From the NCBI GenBank assembly GCA_963764725.1, contig CAVXTM010000018.1, positions 224,001 to 288,000 on the forward strand: 64,000 bases of DNA. The letters are read 5' to 3'. Positions 1-10,377 of the stretch are shown one piece after another (the stretch's first letter is position 1; each line of letters begins with the position of its first letter). The translations under genes and the position numbers were made by a program. The stretch comes from an uncultured Gammaproteobacteria bacterium. GTDB lineage: Bacteria; Pseudomonadota; Gammaproteobacteria; JACCXJ01. The notes beneath the pieces were generated by a model. The model was not told where the DNA came from. It worked only from the letters and a program-made list of their open reading frames with translations, and made no database searches.

Positions 1-1073
1 CCGCTCTCATCGGCCGCTACGAATCCCTTTCTAAAGTATTCGGGAACAATGGCGGTGATGGGGTGCACCTGGCTTTGAAAGTCTCGCACGTGAGCGAGTG
101 AATACCGGTTGTCTTGAGCGCGCAGCGGAAACCATTGCGTGATGCGTCCGCGCGAATCGCCGGTTAACAGCGAGATCCCGCCGCTTAAATACGCCAGTGC
201 CGTGATGCGCGCGCCATTGGAGACCGCGTTTACCCGATCGATCAGGTGTGGAGTGTTCGTAATGTCATAGTAGAGCAGGAATCCCTCCGCGCTCGCCAAC
301 ACCAGATCACGTTGTTTGACGCTTAACGCAAGGTGGGCCACCCCGCCTTCGGTGGCGGGAATGATCGCCGCCTTGCGCTCGACAGCCGTCGTCTCACCAA
401 GCAAGGAACGCGAGGTCTTGAAGCTCACGAGGATTTCTTGCCCCCCCTCAGTCACTGCGGCGAAGGTGGTCTGATCCCCATGCGACTGCACCGCGAGGCG
501 GGTGAGGGCCTGGCTTCCCTCGGAGATCTTGAGCGGTGCCGGGCCGAGCGGATAGTGCACACGCGGGGTGATTTGCCGCTTATCCCCGGGGTAGGTATTT
601 AAGTACTGGGCTTGGAACAGCAAAGCACGGCCGTCCGAAAGGCCCACGGCGACGGCCCCTTGACTCGGCTCCCCGGCCGCGACGGCGGTGATCTTAGCGC
701 CTACGGGGATAGGCAGCCGCTTAGAGTCGAGCACGCGGCCGTCACCGGTCGCGAAAAAGATCACTTCCCCGCGCGCTGTAAGGCGCAACCCGATTTCCGC
801 GTATTCCTCGGTCCCAAGATACAAGGTCTCGGCATCGGCGCCTCCGGGAACGCCGTACTCGGCCCGCGCTTCGAGCGCGGCCGGACGGAACATCGGCAAC
901 ACGACGGAGAGCAGATAAACAAAGATCAACAGGACGGCGACGATGACGCAGATCCCCCCGAGCGCCATGACGTGCCGCAGCCAACGGTCCTTGACGAACC
1001 GCCAATTGCGTAGCCGCGATGCCGCGCCGGCACCCTTGATCGCCTCTAGGTTATTCAGGCTGGCCTCGTTCAC
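1..1073 (-). CDS. pstC: Phosphate ABC transporter permease PstC, long form with periplasmic domain; runs off the window edge
   Basis: Manual translation from GTG at 1073: MNEASLNNLEAIKGAGAASRLRNWRFVKDRWLRHVMALGGICVIVAVLLIFVYLLSVVLPMF; lies directly downstream of pstS. Confidence 0.8.
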   Translation of the reverse strand, partial: MNEASLNNLEAIKGAGAASRLRNWRFVKDRWLRHVMALGGICVIVAVLLIFVYLLSVVLPMFRPAALEARAEYGVPGGADAETLYLGTEEYAEIGLRLTARGEVIFFATGDGRVLDSKRLPIPVGAKITAVAAGEPSQGAVAVGLSDGRALLFQAQYLNTYPGDKRQITPRVHYPLGPAPLKISEGSQALTRLAVQSHGDQTTFAAVTEGGQEILVSFKTSRSLLGETTAVERKAAIIPATEGGVAHLALSVKQRDLVLASAEGFLLYYDITNTPHLIDRVNAVSNGARITALAYLSGGISLLTGDSRGRITQWFPLRAQDNRYSLAHVRDFQSQVHPITAIVPEYFRKGFVAADES

Positions 1074-1124
1074 GCGGCGTCTCTTAGGATTTATTGATAG
1101 TTTACGCCGATACCCGGTAGGTAC

Positions 1125-1153
1125 AAAAAAGCGGCCTCGCCGAGGCGAGGCCG
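1125..1153 (-). terminator. Intrinsic terminator-like hairpin between pstS and pstC
   Basis: Minus strand CGGCCTCGC-CTCG-GCGAGGCCG followed by C and T6. Confidence 0.65.
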
Positions 1154-1199
1154 AGGTCTCCTACCTGAGAAGGTCTCTTGGTAGCAGCCTTTACAGCGA

Positions 1200-2198
1200 T
1201 TATTCAGCGCTTGCCTGCGCCGACTCTGACACCAGAGCCAGTTGCTTTTCGGCGATCGCGGCCGGAAGCGGTATGTAACCATCCTTAATCACCACGCCCT
1301 GGCCAATTTTGGCCAGCACCATCTTGAAGAATTCACCCTCGAGCGGCGGTAACGGTTTATTGGGGTGCTTATTCACGTACACGAACAAGAACCGCGAGAG
1401 CGGATACTTGCCGCTCACGGCGTTTTCCGAGGTGGCCGGCACGAGCTCGCCGCCATCCGTTTTGGCCAACGGTACCGACTTCACGCCCGAGGTCTTGTAG
1501 CCGATGCCCGAGTAGCCGATACCGTTCAGCGACTTGGTAACGCCCTGGACTACCGAGGCCGAGCCGGGTTGCTCGTTGACGGTGTCCTTGTAGTCGCCCT
1601 GGCACAATGCGTTCTCCTTGAAGTATCCGTAGGTCCCGGACACGGAATTGCGTCCGTACAGCTGTATGGGCCGCGCGGCCCACTCACCGGTTAATCCGAG
1701 CTGGCCCCAATTCACCACATCCTCGTCGTAACCGCACTTGCGCGTCGCCGAGAAAATAGCGTCGAGCTGCGGTATCGAAAGACCCTGGATAGGGTTGTCT
1801 TTATTCACGTACACGGCGAGGGCGTCGATCGCTACTGCCACCCCCGTGGGTTTATAGCCGTATTTTCCCTCGAAGGCCTCGATCTCCACGTCTTTCATCG
1901 CCCGGCTCATCGGTCCGAGGTTCGCGGTCCCTTCCGTCAGCGCGGGCGGCGCGGTCGAAGAACCCATGCCTTGGATTTGAATGTTGACATTGGGATAGAA
2001 CCGCTTGAACTCCTCCGCCCAGAGGGTCATAAGGTTATTGAGCGTGTCCGACCCGACGCTAGACAGGTTGCCGGAAACGCCGCTGGCCTTCGTATATTCC
2101 TTGAGGTTCGGATCGACCGTATCGACGGCGCGCGCGATCGGTCCGGCGGTAAGGCCCGCCATTAAGGCCACGCTCACGGTGGCTTGACGCAGTTTCAT
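1200..2198 (-). CDS. pstS: Phosphate-binding periplasmic protein PstS
   Basis: Signal peptide; motifs [35 protein letters not shown]. Confidence 0.95.
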   Translation of the reverse strand: MKLRQATVSVALMAGLTAGPIARAVDTVDPNLKEYTKASGVSGNLSSVGSDTLNNLMTLWAEEFKRFYPNVNIQIQGMGSSTAPPALTEGTANLGPMSRAMKDVEIEAFEGKYGYKPTGVAVAIDALAVYVNKDNPIQGLSIPQLDAIFSATRKCGYDEDVVNWGQLGLTGEWAARPIQLYGRNSVSGTYGYFKENALCQGDYKDTVNEQPGSASVVQGVTKSLNGIGYSGIGYKTSGVKSVPLAKTDGGELVPATSENAVSGKYPLSRFLFVYVNKHPNKPLPPLEGEFFKMVLAKIGQGVVIKDGYIPLPAAIAEKQLALVSESAQASAE

Positions 2199-2231
2199 AA
2201 GCTTGGCTCCATAGTCTCAAAACGAAATGTT

Positions 2232-2276
2232 AGTATGGGAGGGTTCTATTACCGTTTGGTTACAGGTTGATGTCGG
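2232..2276 (-). promoter_or_regulatory. Pho box (PhoB sites) with -10 element for pstS
   Basis: Minus strand 11-bp-periodic CCGACAT-caac-CTGTAAC-caaa-CGGTAAT, then 10 nt, then CATACT; resembles the CTGTCAT-N4 repeat consensus. Confidence 0.65.
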
Positions 2277-2434
2277 GCCTGCTCAGAGCCTTGGGGTTCT
2301 TAGCCAGTATTTTGAGAGCGCACTCGCCTAGGTTAACATCAGCGGGATTGGGGCGGGAATGTAAACGGATTGCAACTTGAGTCAGCACCCTCTTGCCCCA
2401 GCCCCGGCAATCGCCGATCCCATGCACTAAAAAT

Positions 2435-4540
2435 ATGCTAAATCAAGATGCCGCTTTAAGCGCCGCCCCGGTCACGACCATCGATGCCAAACACCCGGAT
2501 TTCTACATCAACCGTGAGCTGAGCTTCATCGAGTTCAACCGCCGCGTCCTCGATCAAGCCCGCGATGACAGCATACCGCTTCTGGAACGGCTAAAATTCC
2601 TGTGCATCGTCAGCAGCAATCTCGACGAGTTCTTCGAAATCCGCGTCGCCGGGCTCAAGCAACAAGTGGCTTACGGCGCCGCCCAAACCGGGCCGGATAA
2701 CCTGAGCCCCCAGGAACAACTCAAACGCATCGCCGAGATCACCCGCGCGCTCATCAAGGATCAGTATGCGGTCCTGAACGATTTCCTGTTTCCGCAGCTG
2801 GCGGCGAGCGGTATCCGCTTTCTGAAGCGCTCCGATTGGAGCGCCCGCCAAGAAGGCTGGGTCAAACGCTTCTTCAATCGCGAATTGCTTCCCGTATTGA
2901 GCCCGATCGGTCTCGATCCGGCCCATCCGTTCCCGCGCATCCTCAATAAAAGCCTCAATTTTATCGTTTCCCTCGAAGGCAAGGATGCTTTCGGCCGCAA
3001 CAGCGGCATCGCCATCGTGCAGGCCCCGCGCTCGTTGCCACGCCTGGTCGCGATCCCGGAAAGCCATTCGGAGGGACCGTATGATTTCATTTTTTTGTCG
3101 TCCATCATCCACGCCCACGTGGGCGATCTGTTTCCTGGGATGCGCGCTACGGGATGTTATCAATTCCGCGTGACCCGCAATAGCGATCTCCTGGTGGACG
3201 ACGACGACGTGGACGACTTGCTGCGGGCGCTCGAAGGCGAGCTTCCTTCACGGCGATTCTCCGACGCCGTACGCCTGGAGGTGGCCGATGATTGTCCCGC
3301 CGACATGACTCATTTCCTCACCGATCAATTCAACCTGGGCGCGGACGATGTTTACCAGTGCAACGGTCCGGTCAATCTCATGCGGCTACTCGCCATCGAC
3401 GAGCTGATCAACCGGCCCGAGTTGAAGTATCCGGGCTTTGTGCCGAGTCAACCGGCGCGGCTCGCGCGCAATACGGACATTTTCGACGTGATCCGCAGAG
3501 GTGACGTGCTGCTCCACCATCCTTTCGAGTCGTTCGCGCCCGTCCTCGATTTCGTCCGTGCCGCGGCCAGTGATGCCAACGTGCTAACCATCAAACAAAC
3601 CCTGTACCGCACTGGCGCCGACTCCGCAATTGTCAAGGCACTGGTCGATGCGGCGCGAGTCGGCAAGGAAGTCACGGTTGTCATCGAGTTGCGGGCGCGT
3701 TTCGACGAGGCGGCCAATATCGAGCTTGCGAACGATCTGCAAGAGGCTGGGGCGCACGTCGTCTATGGGGTCGTCGGGCACAAGACGCATGCGAAGATGA
3801 CCTTGGTCGTACGCCGCGAAGGGCGGCAGTTACGGCGCTACGTACACCTTGGGACCGGTAACTACCATGCGCGGACGGCGCGTCTTTACACCGACTATGG
3901 TTTGCTGACCTGTGATACCGACATCGCCGAGGATGTGCACAAGATTTTTCACCAATTGACCGCGCTCGGCCGCCCGGGCAAGCTCAAACGCTTGCTGCAA
4001 TCGCCCTTCACCCTACACAAGACCATGCTCGAATGCATCGAGCGTGAGGCGCGCAACGCGCGCGAGGGCCGGCCGGCGCGCATCATCGCGAAGATGAACG
4101 CCCTGTCCGACGAACAGTGCATCCGCGCGCTTTATCACGCTTCGCAGTCCGGCGTTAAGATTGATCTAATCGTGCGCGGCATCTGCTGCCTGCGGCCAGG
4201 AATCAAGGGGGTCTCGGAAAATATCCAAGTGCGCTCCATCGTCGGCCGCTTCCTGGAACACAGCCGGGTGTTTTACTTCTTCAACGACGGCGAGGAACAG
4301 GTTCACCTCTCGAGCGGCGATTGGATGGCACGTAATTTCTATAGGCGCATCGAGACCTGTTTCCCGATCGACGACAAGCGGCTCAAACAGCGCGTGATCC
4401 AAGAGAGCTTGACGGCTTATCTCGCGGACAATAGCCAGGCGTGGGTATTGCAAAACGATGGGAGCTACAAGCGTTGCGCGCCGGGTGCGCATAAGCCGCG
4501 GGCGGCGCAACAGAGCTTACTCGAGACGTTGTCCGAGTAA
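2435..4540 (+). CDS. ppk1: Polyphosphate kinase 1
   Basis: YINRELS, SNLDEFFEIRVA, KTHAK, GTGNY, RFLEHSR; ATG 2435 preferred over TTG 2393. Confidence 0.97.
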   Translation: MLNQDAALSAAPVTTIDAKHPDFYINRELSFIEFNRRVLDQARDDSIPLLERLKFLCIVSSNLDEFFEIRVAGLKQQVAYGAAQTGPDNLSPQEQLKRIAEITRALIKDQYAVLNDFLFPQLAASGIRFLKRSDWSARQEGWVKRFFNRELLPVLSPIGLDPAHPFPRILNKSLNFIVSLEGKDAFGRNSGIAIVQAPRSLPRLVAIPESHSEGPYDFIFLSSIIHAHVGDLFPGMRATGCYQFRVTRNSDLLVDDDDVDDLLRALEGELPSRRFSDAVRLEVADDCPADMTHFLTDQFNLGADDVYQCNGPVNLMRLLAIDELINRPELKYPGFVPSQPARLARNTDIFDVIRRGDVLLHHPFESFAPVLDFVRAAASDANVLTIKQTLYRTGADSAIVKALVDAARVGKEVTVVIELRARFDEAANIELANDLQEAGAHVVYGVVGHKTHAKMTLVVRREGRQLRRYVHLGTGNYHARTARLYTDYGLLTCDTDIAEDVHKIFHQLTALGRPGKLKRLLQSPFTLHKTMLECIEREARNAREGRPARIIAKMNALSDEQCIRALYHASQSGVKIDLIVRGICCLRPGIKGVSENIQVRSIVGRFLEHSRVFYFFNDGEEQVHLSSGDWMARNFYRRIETCFPIDDKRLKQRVIQESLTAYLADNSQAWVLQNDGSYKRCAPGAHKPRAAQQSLLETLSE

Positions 4541-4565
4541 GGCTAGCCGGTGACGCGCTGACATA

Positions 4566-5201
4566 ATGGATGAGTTAAGTTTCGGCGCCGAAATGGCCTA
4601 CGGTCATTGGCGTACGGTGGCCTTTAGCGCGCTCGCTTGGACGCTCGCCATCTATTACTTCATCCGGCCTCGGGCTTTCCAGGAGATTTGGCGCTTCGCT
4701 CTATTATGCGTGTTCCTGATCGACGAGTTCGTTGAGCTTTACGGCTACCCGCTGACGCTCTATATCTTTCTAGACAACCTGGTTCAACATCCATCTGCCG
4801 ACATGCTCGCGCATCAAGCGGGGGACTTGTGGCGGATCCTGTTCAACGTAGGAACGCGCTACGAGGCCTTCGACTTCTTCCATCTGATCGCGGGCGTTTT
4901 TATTTTCGGCGGGCTCATCGCGTTGTTTTATGCCTTCACGGTGCTCAGGGCATCTCTGGAAAGCGGCTCTCCGGCGACGACCGGACCCTATCGCTGGGTC
5001 CGGCATCCTCAGTATCTCGCGCTGTTCTCGATCCTGCTGGGATACGTGATTCAGGGTCCAACCTTGATCACTCTGTTGCTGTTCCCAACCCTTATATACA
5101 GTTATGTGAGCTTAGCGAGGAAAGAGGAACAAACCGTCCTCAAAACCTTCGGTCACGCTTACCGCATTTACCTGGAGCATACGCCGGGATTCCTGCGCTG
5201 A
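4566..5201 (+). CDS. ICMT/PEMT-family membrane methyltransferase
   Basis: Hydrophobic protein with TTGPYRWVRHPQY and EE...FG..Y..Y...P.F motifs. Confidence 0.8.
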   Translation: MDELSFGAEMAYGHWRTVAFSALAWTLAIYYFIRPRAFQEIWRFALLCVFLIDEFVELYGYPLTLYIFLDNLVQHPSADMLAHQAGDLWRILFNVGTRYEAFDFFHLIAGVFIFGGLIALFYAFTVLRASLESGSPATTGPYRWVRHPQYLALFSILLGYVIQGPTLITLLLFPTLIYSYVSLARKEEQTVLKTFGHAYRIYLEHTPGFLR

Positions 5202-5217
5202 GAGGTTATCACGCTTT

Positions 5218-6228
5218 CTAAACAAGGAATCGGTGATCCCGCCATTCCGCCACACCCTGGGCCACCGGGGTCAACAACCGGTCGCGCAAACCCTTCTTGC
5301 GTTGATAGGTAAGCTCGTACAGATCCGCCTGATTGGCTGCTTCCTGCAGGTAATCGTCGCTGGTGCGTATGGCGTCCACCAGTTTCAACGCCAGCGCCTG
5401 GACTCCATACCAATGTTCGCCGGTGGAAACCTTATCGATATCTACCGTGCCGCGATGATCCCGGACGAAGGCCTTGAACAAGGCATGGGTCTCCTCGATA
5501 TCGTCCCGGAACTTGGCGCGGCCTTTATCGGTATTTTCACCGAACATGGTCAGGGTACGCTTAAATTCTCCCGCCGTGATAAGCTCAAATTCGATATCGT
5601 GGTTCTTAAGCATGCGGTTGAAGTTCGGAAGTTGGCCAACAACGCCGATGGAACCGACGACGGCGAATGGCGCCGCGATGATCTGATCAGCCACGCAAGC
5701 CATCATATAACCGCCGCTGGCCGCGACCTTGTCGACGCACACCGTTAGCGGGACGCCTCGGTCTTTGATTCGTTGGAGCTGGGACGCCGCAAGCCCATAG
5801 CTATGCACCAACCCCCCGGGGCTTTCCAACAGTATCACGACCTCGTCGCGTTCCGTCGCCAACATGAGCGCCGCCGTGATTTCCTCGCGCAAGGCCGATA
5901 CCGCTAGGGCGCGCGGATCGCCGTGAAAACGCAACACAAATACGCGCTTCTTGAACGCGTGTTGGGCCGGTAGTTTTTGCCCCTGCTTCTTTTTGGCCTT
6001 GAATTCCTTGAGCGCCTGTTTAAAAGCGCGCCGTGGTAATATGACCGACTTTAAGGTCAGAGCCATGGTTTCGTATCGGTCATTAAGGTACTTGACCTCC
6101 AGGCGTTCCTCGTGACTCGCTCGACTGCGTTGAATTATGAACACAATGAAAAGAGACACGCCAATCAGAAGAACGAGGAGCGTGATCAGTTTGGCGGAGA
6201 AGAGCCCGTATTCAGACAAAAAATCCAT
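5218..6228 (-). CDS. sohB: S49 protease SohB
   Basis: Start MDFLSEYGLF; LESPGG..HSYGLAASQL and VDKVAASGGYMMAC. Confidence 0.93.
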   Translation of the reverse strand: MDFLSEYGLFSAKLITLLVLLIGVSLFIVFIIQRSRASHEERLEVKYLNDRYETMALTLKSVILPRRAFKQALKEFKAKKKQGQKLPAQHAFKKRVFVLRFHGDPRALAVSALREEITAALMLATERDEVVILLESPGGLVHSYGLAASQLQRIKDRGVPLTVCVDKVAASGGYMMACVADQIIAAPFAVVGSIGVVGQLPNFNRMLKNHDIEFELITAGEFKRTLTMFGENTDKGRAKFRDDIEETHALFKAFVRDHRGTVDIDKVSTGEHWYGVQALALKLVDAIRTSDDYLQEAANQADLYELTYQRKKGLRDRLLTPVAQGVAEWRDHRFLV

Positions 6229-6435
6229 GGAGTGCTCCTGAATGTTGAGGTTTTGGCCGGCTAGCCTACGCAGTATCCCTGTGGTACACGCTCGCTCCGA
6301 AATGCTTGACGTCGCCGAGGGAGCACCGCGGAACACCCGCGAAAGAGGATCATAGCAAATGTCTGTCGGCTCGCCATTTGAAACTTATTCCCGGCGGCCG
6401 TAGCACAAGGGCTCGTACCCCGTGGCCCAGGACTT

Positions 6436-7359
6436 GTGACTTCAAAGCATCTTTCGGTTCCATTTCTGCTTCTTATCTTGGTGGTCCGGCCGCCTGACGC
6501 AGTCTCGGAACCGCCCCCTTACGGCACCGAAGCCGTGGCCCGGCGCATCGATATCGGCGGCCGTTATCTTAATATCGCCTGTCTGGGGCACGGTCGGCCG
6601 ACAGTCATCCTGGATCATGGGCTCGGCGGCTCGTCACGGGACTGGCGACACGTTCAACGCGGGCTCGCCTCGACAACGCGCGTATGCAGTTACGACCGCG
6701 CGGGATACGGCCACAGCGACCTGGGCCCCGGACCCCGCACGAGCAGTCGGATCGCATCCGAGCTACGCACCTTGTTGGACCGCGCCGAAATTCCCGCGCC
6801 TTACATATTGGCTGGCCATTCGTTCGGCGGGTACAACATGCGCGCATTCGCGAATCTCTTTCCGGATGAAACGGCAGGGCTGGTGCTCGTCGATTCACCG
6901 CATGAGGAGCAAGCGGATAGGTTCTTTCAAATCGAAGCGATGCGCCGCTTGGATCCTTACGGTTCGCTCCAATATCTCTGGGACTCCGAGATTCTCGGTT
7001 CCTTGTCGGCTATTGACCTGAAGCCATTCGCGAGGCTCCTCAACGCTGGTTCGGCTTCAATGCAAGCGATATTCAGCGAGATCACCGGATTCGCGGAAAG
7101 CAGCCGCGAGCTTCGCTCGTATTCCAGCCCCGACAAGATACCCGTCGTGGTCATAGCCCACGGCCGGCGGGTGCTAGCGGGCGGGGCGCTAAGCGATCAA
7201 CTGGAAGATCAGTGGCTTTCTCTGCAAAAGGATCTCGCATCCCGTTTCAAACACCATCGCTTCATCGTTGCGGAGCACAGCGGTCATACTATTCCTTTGG
7301 AGCAGCCCGACCTGGTCATCGATGCGATTAAACGCTTGATCCTTGATCACCGCCGGTAG
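6436..7359 (+). CDS. Alpha/beta hydrolase
   Basis: HGLGG, YDRAGYG, GHSFGG nucleophile elbow, C-terminal SGH. Confidence 0.88.
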   Translation: MTSKHLSVPFLLLILVVRPPDAVSEPPPYGTEAVARRIDIGGRYLNIACLGHGRPTVILDHGLGGSSRDWRHVQRGLASTTRVCSYDRAGYGHSDLGPGPRTSSRIASELRTLLDRAEIPAPYILAGHSFGGYNMRAFANLFPDETAGLVLVDSPHEEQADRFFQIEAMRRLDPYGSLQYLWDSEILGSLSAIDLKPFARLLNAGSASMQAIFSEITGFAESSRELRSYSSPDKIPVVVIAHGRRVLAGGALSDQLEDQWLSLQKDLASRFKHHRFIVAEHSGHTIPLEQPDLVIDAIKRLILDHRR

Positions 7360-7417
7360 ACGCCTCGCTACCGCGGCTTTAGTCGCCTTAACCTTAACGC
7401 CTAGGCGTTGAACGTAC

Positions 7418-8299
7418 ATGCAAACCCAGTGCAAGCATCTGCCTGACGACACCGCCGAAAACGCCCGCGGTGAGCGCGCATCGCGGCGGGTTCTAACTCT
7501 AACCGCGGCGATGACTGTCGTCGAGGTCACCGCTGGCATGGCCTACGGATCCATGTCCCTGCTCGCCGACGGCTGGCACATGGCGACACATGCGGCCGCT
7601 CTCGGAATTACCGCGTTCGCATACGGATTCGCGCGCCGCCATGCTGCCGACCAGCGCTATACGTTCGGTACGGGAAAAATCGGCGTCCTCGCGGGTTTCG
7701 CGAGCGCTGTCGCCCTCTTGGTTGTTACAGCCGTGCTTGCTACGGAATGCATCTTGAGGTTAATCGAACCAACGCCGATTCGATTCACCGAAGCAATACT
7801 CGTGGCGGCGCTAGGCTTAGGGGTCAATCTCGTGTGCGCCCATTTTCTAAGCGATCCTCCGAGTCACGACCATAGTCTTCGCGCCGCTTACCTACATGTG
7901 CTGGCCGACGCGCTCACTTCGGTGCTCGCGATTGCCGCACTGCTAGCGGGAAAGATGTTCGGGTGGATCTGGATGGACCCCTTGATGGGGATTACGGCTG
8001 CCGCCTTGATCACGCGCTGGAGCGTTCAATTACTACGAGAGACATGCACGCTTCTTCTGGACATCGCGCCCGACCAAGAAATGCTCGCGGCCATCCGGCG
8101 CGCTATTGAATCCGACCACAGCACCCGTATCACGGACCTGCATGTCTGGAACATCAGCCCGCGCCAGTTGGTGGCCATGGTATCGATTGAAAGCCAGAAG
8201 GCTAAGCCTGCCGCTTATTACCGCAGTTTGTTATCCCGGTTTGGCGAGTTGTCCCACGTCACAATCGAAGTCAACAAACATCGCGACGATCAAGTCTGA
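7418..8299 (+). CDS. CDF-family divalent metal efflux transporter (DmeF-like)
   Basis: SMSLLADGWHMATH, AAYLHVLADALTS, DLHVW. Confidence 0.88.
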   Translation: MQTQCKHLPDDTAENARGERASRRVLTLTAAMTVVEVTAGMAYGSMSLLADGWHMATHAAALGITAFAYGFARRHAADQRYTFGTGKIGVLAGFASAVALLVVTAVLATECILRLIEPTPIRFTEAILVAALGLGVNLVCAHFLSDPPSHDHSLRAAYLHVLADALTSVLAIAALLAGKMFGWIWMDPLMGITAAALITRWSVQLLRETCTLLLDIAPDQEMLAAIRRAIESDHSTRITDLHVWNISPRQLVAMVSIESQKAKPAAYYRSLLSRFGELSHVTIEVNKHRDDQV

Positions 8300-8347
8300 G
8301 TCGTCGCGCGCCGAGCTAGTCCCTGCGCCGCAGTGCGTAACCCGCTC

Positions 8348-8905
8348 CTATGCGGTCTGCGCTTTCCGGTGCCTCTGCCGTAATACAAAGAAGACCACCC
8401 CGCCAATCGCCGCGAGCCCGAGCACGGTATAGATCGCATTCGTTCCAACGCCCTTCGGCACCACCTGGATCGGTGCCTTGAGCACCAAGGGACGCGCATC
8501 GCTCATGGTTAGAACGGCTATATATTTCTTCTCGGGCTCGAAATTCGCCTCAAGATCAATCGTGCCCTGCGGGAATACTTTGGTCGGCAAGTGCGCGATG
8601 GTCTTGATCACGCCACCGATCTCCCCGGTTTCACCCATCTCGACGATCCTTAGCTCAGCGGGTTTTGAGCGCATCTCCGTTTCCACCAGGTCGAATACCA
8701 AAATCGTTTTCCCAGGCGACGGTAAATCCCAGCAATGCTCTTCACCTCCCGTCGCTTGCTGATAGGCGGTAAAGTGCATTGTGTACTTTCCCAAGCTAAC
8801 GACGCAGGTATCGAATTCTATCGCGGTGCCTCCGTGCGCGAAGGCCGGGTTCGCGGTAAGGGATCCAAGGCCCAGTAGCGCCCCAATCATGATCCTATTT
8901 AACAT
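8348..8905 (-). CDS. pmoD: PmoD/AmoD-family periplasmic copper protein with C-terminal anchor
   Basis: Signal peptide followed by HGG, C-x8-MHFTAYQ, EHCWDLP, C-terminal TM; immediately downstream of pmoB. Confidence 0.82.
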   Translation of the reverse strand: MLNRIMIGALLGLGSLTANPAFAHGGTAIEFDTCVVSLGKYTMHFTAYQQATGGEEHCWDLPSPGKTILVFDLVETEMRSKPAELRIVEMGETGEIGGVIKTIAHLPTKVFPQGTIDLEANFEPEKKYIAVLTMSDARPLVLKAPIQVVPKGVGTNAIYTVLGLAAIGGVVFFVLRQRHRKAQTA

Positions 8906-8971
8906 GTTACCTCCAGTCCTCGACTAAATATTTGCCGGATGAACTACTTACTTTACGTTCATTCGCACCCT

Positions 8972-9002
8972 AAAAAAAGCCGCCCCCATTGCTGGGGGCG
9001 GC
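8972..9002 (-). terminator. Intrinsic terminator after pmoB
   Basis: Minus strand GCCGCCCCCA-GCAA-TGGGGGCGGC followed by T7. Confidence 0.85.
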
Positions 9003-9077
9003 GCACATCGATTTGCGGGTAAACTCGCCCCTTATAATTATTTTCGGGGCAACCGCTTCGTCACCTTAACTGGACGA

Positions 9078-10319
9078 TTAGGTGAACCTCGGGAGCAACG
9101 GTCCGCCAACTGGAGTCATCGAACGGAAGCCGCTCGAATCCACGAAGAATAGCAGACCACCGAAGCGGCTGTCCGGATCGTAGATCACGTCGGCGATACG
9201 CTCATTTTCCCAAGCCGCATCGGTGCCCGTTATGGTCAACAATTTAGACTGTCCCGGCTGTATCGGGGTATTGTCGTCGACCGACAAACCTTCCGGCGCG
9301 AGCAACTGCGGCGGATAGTTGGTCGTGTCCTTATACACCGATCCGTTCAGGAAGCGAATGCCCGCCGTCTCGAACTCCGCCACCTGGATGGGGTTCGTGC
9401 CGCGGTTGTTGACCCGCACCTTCAGGACGACGGAACGACCGGGAACACGGTAAGTCGCTTGCTCCACCGTGGCCTCCACCGCAGGTGTACCCTCGGGTAT
9501 CGGATTCATCACGCCGATGACGCCCGCCTGCAGCGGTATCGTGATCGGATATTGGCTATTACCCGAATTGTAGCCGAACCAGGTGATCACGATCGTCGCC
9601 ACCATGAACCCTAAACCTACCTTCACATCGGTGGGCGAAACGATGCTCTCATCCCCAGCCTGCCGTGCCATAAAACGTGGAACGAATAGGGGTTTGGCCG
9701 CCCAATACGCGATCCACGCGATGCCGAAGAATATCCAGAAGAAGCTCCATCCCCAGATGCCTGCCGTGCCCACCTTCTCGATGTCTTCGGTGTTGCCGGT
9801 GAGCGTGGTGATAATGTGTTTATAGTCTGACATGTTACCTTCGATCTGCACCCACTTGCCGGGACCGATGATCGGACCCGCGGCCTCCACGTTCATCATG
9901 GTATGGACGTGCCAACGGCCGGGACGGCGCGCTTGCATCACCACCTTGAACATGTAGTTCTTGCCGAGCTCCAGGTTGACTGAACGCGGTACGAACTGCC
10001 CGCCGATATACGACTCGACGCGCGTCAATACCGGTCCGGGAATACCGATGTTCAGGAACGCCGGTGAGGTTTCGGGGTTGGCCGTGGTTTCCGGCCAGTT
10101 CTTGAACACGTGTATCTTACCGGACACGGTCATCTTCTCGTTCACGCGGAGCTTGTCCGTCGACCAGTTCAGGTCATACCAATGGAGGGTCCTCATCCGC
10201 AGGAACGCTTGCTGCGACTTTTCGCCATGCGCCGACGCTTCCGGTGCATAGAGACTCGTCGCGGCCACGGCTACGGCTAAGCCCGCCGCGGCCCAGGTTC
10301 TTATTGCTGATTTACTCAT
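9078..10319 (-). CDS. pmoB: Copper membrane monooxygenase subunit B (PmoB)
   Basis: Signal peptide then HGEKSQQAFLRMRT, WHVHTMM (CuB His), DPDSRFGGLLFF. Confidence 0.95.
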   Translation of the reverse strand: MSKSAIRTWAAAGLAVAVAATSLYAPEASAHGEKSQQAFLRMRTLHWYDLNWSTDKLRVNEKMTVSGKIHVFKNWPETTANPETSPAFLNIGIPGPVLTRVESYIGGQFVPRSVNLELGKNYMFKVVMQARRPGRWHVHTMMNVEAAGPIIGPGKWVQIEGNMSDYKHIITTLTGNTEDIEKVGTAGIWGWSFFWIFFGIAWIAYWAAKPLFVPRFMARQAGDESIVSPTDVKVGLGFMVATIVITWFGYNSGNSQYPITIPLQAGVIGVMNPIPEGTPAVEATVEQATYRVPGRSVVLKVRVNNRGTNPIQVAEFETAGIRFLNGSVYKDTTNYPPQLLAPEGLSVDDNTPIQPGQSKLLTITGTDAAWENERIADVIYDPDSRFGGLLFFVDSSGFRSMTPVGGPLLPRFT

Positions 10320-10377
10320 GTTATTGCCTCGTCTGTATTTTAATTTATGACGTTTTTTCCGCCCTACTTCGATCCGC

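Noticed and set aside
4566-5201. Methyltransferase as a sterol C-24 methyltransferase
   Set aside because: ICMT/PEMT membrane fold rather than a class I SMT, and 25 kb from the sterol genes
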